Positions 18,975 to 25,885 of a DNA stretch of 64,000 bases are shown here, piece after piece; positions within the stretch are counted from its first letter, which is position 1, and each line of letters opens with the position of its first letter. Made by a program: the position numbers and the translations under genes. The DNA is from Candidatus Aminicenantes bacterium. Lineage in GTDB: Bacteria; Acidobacteriota; Aminicenantia; Aminicenantales; JAFGBC01. The notes under the pieces were generated by a model. It ran no database searches and was not told where the DNA came from. It saw only the letters and a program-made list of their open reading frames with translations. The DNA lies in NCBI GenBank assembly GCA_963702005.1, contig OY969696.1:4128001-4192000 (forward strand), given 5' to 3'.

Positions 18975-19110
18975 TCAGAAGGACTATATAATGAAACATC
19001 ATCTTGATCAGTTCCTGATGAGTTTTTCGAAAATCGCCGATCGTCTAAAAATCCAGCATAAGCTTCTCGGTCAAGTCCGTATGGATCCCATTCTCCTGAG
19101 CTTGCCGGGT
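18975..19110 (-). pseudogene. Degraded transposase fragment, IS1182-like
   Basis: Manual translation KLMLDF*TIGDFRKTHQELIK resembles the PDFxTIxDFRK motif. Confidence 0.4.
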
Positions 19111-19300
19111 TAAACGTTACGAAGCTCGCTCTCCAGAATCCACATTTCCAAAAAAGCTCAATCTGAATCCGAGAATAATATGCCAGAGGCTTTCAGCCTA
19201 CCTCCTAGAAATCAATTTTCCTTTAATTCTGGGCGTCGGATAATAATATGTAAATACCTTCATATATAGAAGAAATAGTAATCTTTCTCTTACAGCTTTT

Positions 19301-19501
19301 TCACCAGGTCATAGCGCTTCCAGGCCAGCAATGATCTTCCAAACCAGGTTCGCAATGATAGTACAAATCAAACCAATAAATAAAGTCGAGTTTTGGCGGG
19401 ACCGCTTCAGCTTTTTTCGCAGATAAAATAAAAACGCTAATAAAACAGGATAACGATACGAGCGCAAAAACGATCGCCGCAACTAACTTTTTATTTTTCA
19501 T
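19301..19501 (-). CDS. Small secreted His-Cys peptide, copy 2
   Basis: 33-aa signal ending AEA, mature VPPKLDFIYWFDLYYHCEPGLEDHCWPGSAMTW. Confidence 0.82.
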   Translation of the reverse strand: MKNKKLVAAIVFALVSLSCFISVFILSAKKAEAVPPKLDFIYWFDLYYHCEPGLEDHCWPGSAMTW

Positions 19502-19690
19502 TTTCTTCTCCCCTTCTTTGTTAGAATATTAATATTATTCTAGTAAATCAAGATCTTTCTCTTCTCTTAATTTTTTTTCGCTTTTCCCTCTTTTTGTTAT
19601 CTTTATACATAATTATAAATCATGGTCATTGAATTCATATTTGCCATCTCTTGACTATTAAAATAATCCAAGTTTTGTATCAAAGATTGT

Positions 19691-20422
19691 CTATTTGATT
19701 CCTGATCGGGGTATTAATTTTTCTCTTATTAGAGTTGGGGGAACTCCAAATGTTTCTTTAAAGCGCTTACAAAAAGAAGCATGGCGATAGCCAATATTAA
19801 AACTAATTTCCTTGATCAATCGATTTGTATTGATTATATCCCACAATGCAATACATAATTTATTCTTAGTAATATACTTCTCAAGAGTAAGATCTGTAAT
19901 TTCTCGGAATCTTCGAGAGAGCCAACATCTAGAAATGTCATGAATCTGTGATAGCTTTGTAAGATTAAAGGTTTCATATGGATTCTCCGCAATTTCTTGT
20001 TGTAGAGTTGCGACCTTAAAGAAGACGGTGGATGGGTGAATCATTAATCCAAGGTTTTTTATATAGTATTTTGAAGTTGTTAATTTATTAATTATATCTA
20101 ATTGATTTTGAGAAAAACAATTTACCCATTGAAAAGAAATCCCAAAAATTGGAGAAGAAAATGGTCTTTTTTTTAAACACAGTTCCCTAATCATAATAAA
20201 AGGAATATTTCGATTAGCTACCGCAAATAAATATTTATCAAGACAATGAGCAAGGCTGCATTGAAAATTGCAGTAAAGAAATATAATTTCTGTTTGATTT
20301 TTATTAATCATTTTATTATGTAAATTGACTTCTTCAAAATGATAGGTGCTCTTCCTCAATTGTTTTTTTATATTATCAGATATTTCATCGCTCATTGCGT
20401 CTAAAAGGATTTTTTTTCTCAT
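19691..20422 (-). CDS. AraC-family transcriptional regulator
   Basis: C-terminal double HTH: LSRRFREIT...IKEISFNIGY..ASFCKRFKETFGVPP. Confidence 0.85.
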   Translation of the reverse strand: MRKKILLDAMSDEISDNIKKQLRKSTYHFEEVNLHNKMINKNQTEIIFLYCNFQCSLAHCLDKYLFAVANRNIPFIMIRELCLKKRPFSSPIFGISFQWVNCFSQNQLDIINKLTTSKYYIKNLGLMIHPSTVFFKVATLQQEIAENPYETFNLTKLSQIHDISRCWLSRRFREITDLTLEKYITKNKLCIALWDIINTNRLIKEISFNIGYRHASFCKRFKETFGVPPTLIREKLIPRSGIK

Positions 20423-20504
20423 TACTAAATATCAGTTAAATTCTAGTTTCTCAAGAATCCATTTTTTAAATTAATTAGTATAAATACATTAAATATTGAC
20501 GCTT

Positions 20505-20945
20505 ATGAGCTTGAATCGTTGGATCCAAACAGTAAATTCAGAGGGATTGAAAGCTCTGAAGAGAAAAACGATTTCGGGCCGGCCGTCACGCTTGCCGCCC
20601 AAAATTGCCCAGGAGGTGGAGCGCCATTTTGAACAGTCGCCTTAAAATTTTGGCTTGAACCGGGCTCGATTGAGCGGTCCCATGCTGACAGGGTATCTAA
20701 GGAGGCGCTACGGGCCGAAGATGCAAGTACGACAAGCTCAGAAATGAATGCATCATTTAGAATATCGGCTAAAATGAACCAGTTATTTCTATCTTCAAGC
20801 CTGGGAAAGAGAGGCGAAACAATCTCGCCAAGAGTGTAAAAAAACTTCAAATTCTTAGGCTTCGGGAAACGATGCCTTTTCGGGATGAAACAGGGTTTAG
20901 CCTGCGTTCGCGACCGGGGCGGCAGTGGGTCAAGAGAGGACACTT
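20505..20945 (+). pseudogene. IS630-family transposase remnant
   Basis: Manual translation LNRWIQTVNSEGLKAL...SGRPSRL...QSP*NFG...LRRRYG (HTH region with stops), an A-run, then FRDETGFSL..R.WVKRG. Confidence 0.7.
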
Positions 20946-20958
20946 TTTTCAATTCGCC

Positions 20959-22005
20959 CTACCACACCCTGTCAGGCCTCTTAGCTTCTACCCTGTCCTG
21001 GACGTCCTTGGGCAGGGAGGACAGGAAATCCAGACCGGTCATCTGTTCAATCTCGTCTATCGATACGAGGTATTCGCTGTAAGCGTGGCCTCTCAGGTCC
21101 TTGTTGGGCAGGAGGAAGGCCAGGGCTTCAATGTCATTCGGGTTCTTGGCGTCGACGACGATCTTGAAGAAGTGGGTGGGCACTGCGACGCTATCTTTTC
21201 CGATGACGGGATAGGAAACCTTTTTATCGGCGACGGCGAATACCGGACCCGTAATTACCGTCAGGGTCCCCTTCTGCTCCACCCATCCCCTCACGGCCTC
21301 TTCCAGGTCCTTCCAGATGCCCTGATTGAACCCGACGCCCACCTGCGGGGCTATGTTTGAAAGCAGGAAACTCTCGGCCATTACTTTTTCGTTTCTGCTC
21401 ATGTCGGCGGCCGGCGCCTGGTGTCCCCTGTCGTAACCGCTGCCTGTGTAGTCGCTCAGTTCGGCGCGGGAGCCATAAGGGATTGAGGTGTCCGGCGCGA
21501 AGGCGTTCGTCCGCTCGACTCCGCCGCTCAGGTCTCCGGGGCTTATTTCATACTGGACCCATACCGGAATCTTCAGCCTGGCGCCCTGGGCAAGCGCGTA
21601 GCCTTCCTGGAAACGTTCATACAAGGCTTCAGGCTTGCCGACTTTCAAATGGCGATTTGGCTGTGCCGTTTCTGCGCCAATCTTTTCTTCCGCTGCCGCC
21701 GGCGCTTCAACGGTTGCGCCTTCCGCCGTTCCCGCGTAGCCTCTCACATAGGTTCTATAAATCCAGCCTGACTGCCCCGTGACCGGATTGACGACTTTGT
21801 AATACCCTGCTTTCCTGTTGGACGTATCGTCGGATTTGAACTGAAGCTGGACATCTTTCTCAACAGTGCAGACTACCCTGGAATCCTTTGATGGGCTTTC
21901 GTAAACATTGGCTTTCCTCGTGACCTTCAAGTAGTCGGCGAAAGAGAAGCCTGAGATAAGGGCGATGAGCAGGGCAAGTCTCGTGGCAAACTTAGTGATT
22001 CTCAT
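20959..22005 (-). CDS. Secreted DNA/RNA non-specific endonuclease (NucA/EndoG type) with N-terminal SH3b-like domain
   Basis: GYDRGHQAPAAD, SFLLSNIAPQ, FNQGIW, VPTHFFK motifs and a signal peptide. Confidence 0.92.
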   Translation of the reverse strand: MRITKFATRLALLIALISGFSFADYLKVTRKANVYESPSKDSRVVCTVEKDVQLQFKSDDTSNRKAGYYKVVNPVTGQSGWIYRTYVRGYAGTAEGATVEAPAAAEEKIGAETAQPNRHLKVGKPEALYERFQEGYALAQGARLKIPVWVQYEISPGDLSGGVERTNAFAPDTSIPYGSRAELSDYTGSGYDRGHQAPAADMSRNEKVMAESFLLSNIAPQVGVGFNQGIWKDLEEAVRGWVEQKGTLTVITGPVFAVADKKVSYPVIGKDSVAVPTHFFKIVVDAKNPNDIEALAFLLPNKDLRGHAYSEYLVSIDEIEQMTGLDFLSSLPKDVQDRVEAKRPDRVW

Positions 22006-22402
22006 TGGAGTCTCTGCCGGTATGTTTTGCCAATTTCACAGATAGCTTCGCCTGCCTTTCCTTTTCTGCGCTGCTCATGAAGCCCAAGATGTCCCTGAAC
22101 AACTTCACCGAAGCCTTGCTTCCTCCCGAAATTATGGCTCCAGTGATTACGTAGCCAAGAAAGTTGGTCTTGTCGGCAACGATGATGATGCTAAGGGCAT
22201 CAAACTTCCACAAGAAACAAACCAAAGCGCAAACAAACAGGAAGACGAATTCCTTGGTGCCCTTTCCATCGCAGTGCTTGATGAAAATCCTGTTTTCAAA
22301 GATGATGGAGAGACCCCTTTCAATCAAGAAAGCGAGGATAACGATCGTAGCCAAAACCTTAAACGAACGATCCCAATCGAAATGAAAAAAAATAGGTTCC
22401 AT
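21992..22402 (-). CDS. Small hypothetical membrane protein
   Basis: About 3 hydrophobic segments. Overlaps the nuclease start, suggesting coupling. Confidence 0.7.
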   Translation of the reverse strand: MEPIFFHFDWDRSFKVLATIVILAFLIERGLSIIFENRIFIKHCDGKGTKEFVFLFVCALVCFLWKFDALSIIIVADKTNFLGYVITGAIISGGSKASVKLFRDILGFMSSAEKERQAKLSVKLAKHTGRDSNENH

Positions 22403-22941
22403 GTCTTTCCCCCTTAAAGAAACTAAACGTTTTTATCGCCCGATTAAGGCGACCAGACTCCCCTCAAGCATTAGCCTGTAACCGGAAGGATTAAAACTCC
22501 ATGCTCTTATTGCCAATAGGCGTCCGAATCCCATTGCCTTAGAAACCCCCTCCAAATTTCTTTGTCCTCCCAAAAGCCTATACTACTTTAATAATTTAGT
22601 CGGCGTTTTGTCAACGAGATTGAAAATTGGATTGGGAATCGATTCTCCAGGATTCGGATTTGAACTGGCTTTTAATGCGCGAAAAGTAAATAGTGCTTTT
22701 TGCCTTGGGCCCTTAGCAAGCTTTGTAATCTGTATTGTGCAGGAATTATTAATAGTATTAGGGTTTTGCTTGCATTTTTGTCAATTTTTTGTTAAATAAA
22801 TATTTTAGAATCCGTTCCTGGAAAGGGGGACTATATCAAACACACTATGCTTTATATCGGGGGTTGGGCGGCCAGACACTTAGTAGACGCGCCGCCGGAA
22901 GCCCTTGCTGGATAGAGGATTCTGGTCATGACGAGTTTCTA

Positions 22942-24117
22942 ATGAGTGTCACCGACCTGCTCATTTCGATCTGCAAGTTTGCCTCGATTGCGTTTACGGG
23001 GTTCTTTGGGGTTCTTGCCCTTACGCGTCCGTACCGTGACAAAGACGGCCAACTAACCCGCTTAGGACGCACTGCCCTCGGAGGGATTGTCATAAGTTTC
23101 GCAATCGCTGTGCTTTCACAGTCGCTTGAGCTTCAACGTTCACATCAACAAGCTCTTGCTGCACAAGAGAAAACGCAGAACGAACTTGCGCGCTTCGAGC
23201 GTTTGCTTCATGAAGTGCAGCGGACGTCACCGCTTACCGCAGTGCGGATCAAGTTGTTTGTCGACAACGTGCCCGACGATATTTGTTCAAAAATCATCGA
23301 GGCAAAGCACGCTGCTGATTCGATTACATCTGAGCCAGGGTTTCAAGACTTGGAAGAACATCATAATGTCGGCGCTGACGATGAAAAGTCATTGGAACAG
23401 TCTGAACTGGATAAAAAGGCGATCCGGCCATTCATCGTGTGGCTGGCAACCGGTCGCTTTCTAGTAGAACAGGAAAAAGAGGGACTCATTGCTTTAAGCC
23501 TGGACAACCACTTCTCCGCGCTTGTCTGTATCGGATGGGTAAAAGAGCCTAGCGTTTTCGCTAGCCAAGAAAAGATTAGCACGTTGCCATCGGGCACCCT
23601 GATCGGAGACGAGATTGATTGGTGGCCTTCTTGGGGGGTTCCACAGCGCCTATACGAACGAAAGAATGCCCTCAGACCGGACGTTAAGATCGACGTGGAC
23701 GGACAATCCGTCATCCTTTCCATCAACATCAACTATACCGCGCTTGACGCTAGTCTGCTGCGTTATGCGCGGAACAGCGTTTTAACCGCAGCTTTTCCTG
23801 ATGATATAGAGCTCTTCAGCTGGAGTCCTACAAAAACGGGGGAGGCTTCAGACTCCGGTGAGCTGCTACTGCTACCCTTTGATACTGTTAAGGTGGACGA
23901 CAGCGTCGTTCAGATGGCTCAACGTCAAGATTTGGAGCTGGTCAAGCGAGCTCCATCCTGGTTTCGCAAACTGCGCCTAGAAATTATACCAAATGGCATT
24001 GAACAGCTCTCAAAATCATACGATCTATCCCTGACTTCCGACGAAGAGATCTTTGTGGGAGATCGCGGCGATGAGCCACGCGGATACGTTAGACTCTGGA
24101 ACGGCCATTCCCGATAA
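22942..24117 (+). CDS. Hypothetical protein with two N-terminal TM helices
   Basis: Long ORF with atypical codon usage. The likely start is ATG 22942. Confidence 0.7.
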   Translation: MSVTDLLISICKFASIAFTGFFGVLALTRPYRDKDGQLTRLGRTALGGIVISFAIAVLSQSLELQRSHQQALAAQEKTQNELARFERLLHEVQRTSPLTAVRIKLFVDNVPDDICSKIIEAKHAADSITSEPGFQDLEEHHNVGADDEKSLEQSELDKKAIRPFIVWLATGRFLVEQEKEGLIALSLDNHFSALVCIGWVKEPSVFASQEKISTLPSGTLIGDEIDWWPSWGVPQRLYERKNALRPDVKIDVDGQSVILSININYTALDASLLRYARNSVLTAAFPDDIELFSWSPTKTGEASDSGELLLLPFDTVKVDDSVVQMAQRQDLELVKRAPSWFRKLRLEIIPNGIEQLSKSYDLSLTSDEEIFVGDRGDEPRGYVRLWNGHSR

Positions 24118-24360
24118 AAGAATCTTGGGTTATCGAATTGGAGTTGCCGCTGGCGCTCAAACATCGTGTTGCACCTGACGAAGTGGCCGGCGTTCCTCCG
24201 CTCGTTGGCGTTAATGGCCGTAGTAAATTCCCCTCTTCGATGCTAGTTCTGTTCGGTCGCGGGCGCTCAAGGGATAAGAGTTTCCTTTTCGGCTGCGCTG
24301 GCCGAGGGGACATCTTTGGAGCATCTGTGTTCCCATGGACCCATCTAACCATAATGAGGA

Positions 24361-24389
24361 AGCATAAATCGGACCTCAGGACCTGTCAA
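24361..24389 (-). promoter_or_regulatory. Outward-facing promoter downstream of the IS91-type gene
   Basis: TTGACA-17 nt-TATGCT on the minus strand. Confidence 0.55.
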
Positions 24390-24485
24390 GGAAGGCTTGA
24401 GCGGGGGGGAAGGGCGACCCAGAAGCTGTGCGCGGCGCCCGATGCGGCGGAATTCCTCCGGACCTCCCCCCGCTCTGGAAAAAGG

Positions 24486-25155
24486 TTATGAAAAATATTC
24501 GACCGGGGGATCAGCGGCCAGGAGATATTCCTGGAAGGCGACCTGAGGCGGCGGTGGCCTGTCCGCCACAAAGGTTAACTTCAGGTGCGCGATGATCCGG
24601 TCTACGACGGCAGACTCCGTGAGGAAGGCGACAACCTTCATGGTCCCGCCGCATTTCGGACAGAGCATCGGGTCGATCTCATAGACCTTCCGGATCATCG
24701 CCGCCCAGCCCTTGGAGGGGATGCGCAGGAGGTCTTCCTCGACCAGGCGGAGGACCGGGGGATTCTGGGCCGCCTTCCGGACTTTCCCTCGGTGGGCATT
24801 GGCATAGAGGCCGTAGTAGCGGACCATGACTTGCCCTTTGTCGGGGATGTGCGAGGTCACCCGGGCGATGAACTCCAGATAGTCCATCGTCTCTTGCTCG
24901 GCCGCGTTTTGACCATATCGGCAACCGACCTTGCCCTCGGGCTCCAAAAACGAGAGCCTCTCCAACGACAGCACCGTCCGGATCATGTACTTTCCGACCC
25001 GCTCGGCTTCCGGCTTGGTCTTGGCCCTCACCCGGCTGTGGACTGAGAAGCCTGTCACCTCATCCACTCCGCCCTCGGTCACCAGAAAATGAAGGTGCGG
25101 GTGAAGATTAATCCTATCCCCGAACGTCTGGATGGCCGCAATGATGCCGGGCCAA
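24486..25155 (-). pseudogene. IS91-family (Y2/HUH rolling-circle) transposase, 5'-truncated and probably internally deleted
   Basis: PGIIAAIQTFGDRINLHPHLHFLVTEGG, GFSVH, KYMIR, HIPDKGQVMVRYYGLYAN and CPKCGG. N-terminal zinc-binding part absent. Confidence 0.88.
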
Positions 25156-25340
25156 TGTCATGGATCGGGCCGCGTCTCCCTGGAAAGAGGCGTTGACCGC
25201 GACCCGGAAGGGCAAATCAGGTCGAGAAAACGTCAACGGCCGTTGCCGCTCGTCGGAGGCAATGGGAAACGCAAGGGTACGGATACAGAGGAAAAAGAGT
25301 ACCGGGAGGGACCGATGGAATGAGCTTGGAGAGGCCGTTC

Positions 25341-25885
25341 AGGAGGTCTTTGCGGTCAAATGACCGCGTCTTTTCATTTCCAGTCTCCATTGAGCAGGAA
25401 GCCCGCCCAGTAGTAGGGATGGGAAATGGCCCGGTCCGGATTGCGGATGAACTCGATCTGAGCCAATTGAAGAGCCCTGTCCTTGCTCAGTCCGGCCTTA
25501 AGGTAAGAATAAAACCGCGTCATCAGTTCCGAGGTGGCGACGTCCGCCACTTTCCATTGTGAGGCCAAGACCGTGCGAGCCCCGGCATACTGAAAGGCCC
25601 TTGTCAGGCCTATCAATCCTTCGCCGCCCATTTCTTTCCCCAGCCCTGTCTCGCAGGCGGAAAGCGTCACCAAGTCCGCATCGATCCGCGTCCTTTCGAA
25701 CACTTCCCAAGCTTGGAGGATTCCGTTGTCCCGACCTTCCATTACGGCGGGGGGAATTGACAGGGCCAGTCCGGAATTAAGGGGGAACAACTCATCCAAG
25801 AAGCCATGGCAGGCGAAGTGGATATAACGAACGTCCTTGCTGATAGCCTTGGCCTTTTCTTCCGTCGCTTCTTCGCCCAGATAGA
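25341..25885. repeat. Right copy of ~545-bp imperfect direct repeat
   Basis: Matches 12169-12713 and includes the orphan tip EVFAVK* of the epimerase gene. Confidence 0.92.

Noticed and set aside
20503-20952. 149-aa minus-strand ORF
   Set aside because: It is the antisense shadow of the IS630 remnant on the plus strand.
12169-25885. Repeat pair as a diversity-generating retroelement TR/VR
   Set aside because: Mismatches are not adenine-specific and are mostly synonymous, the repeat is too long, and no reverse transcriptase is present in the window.
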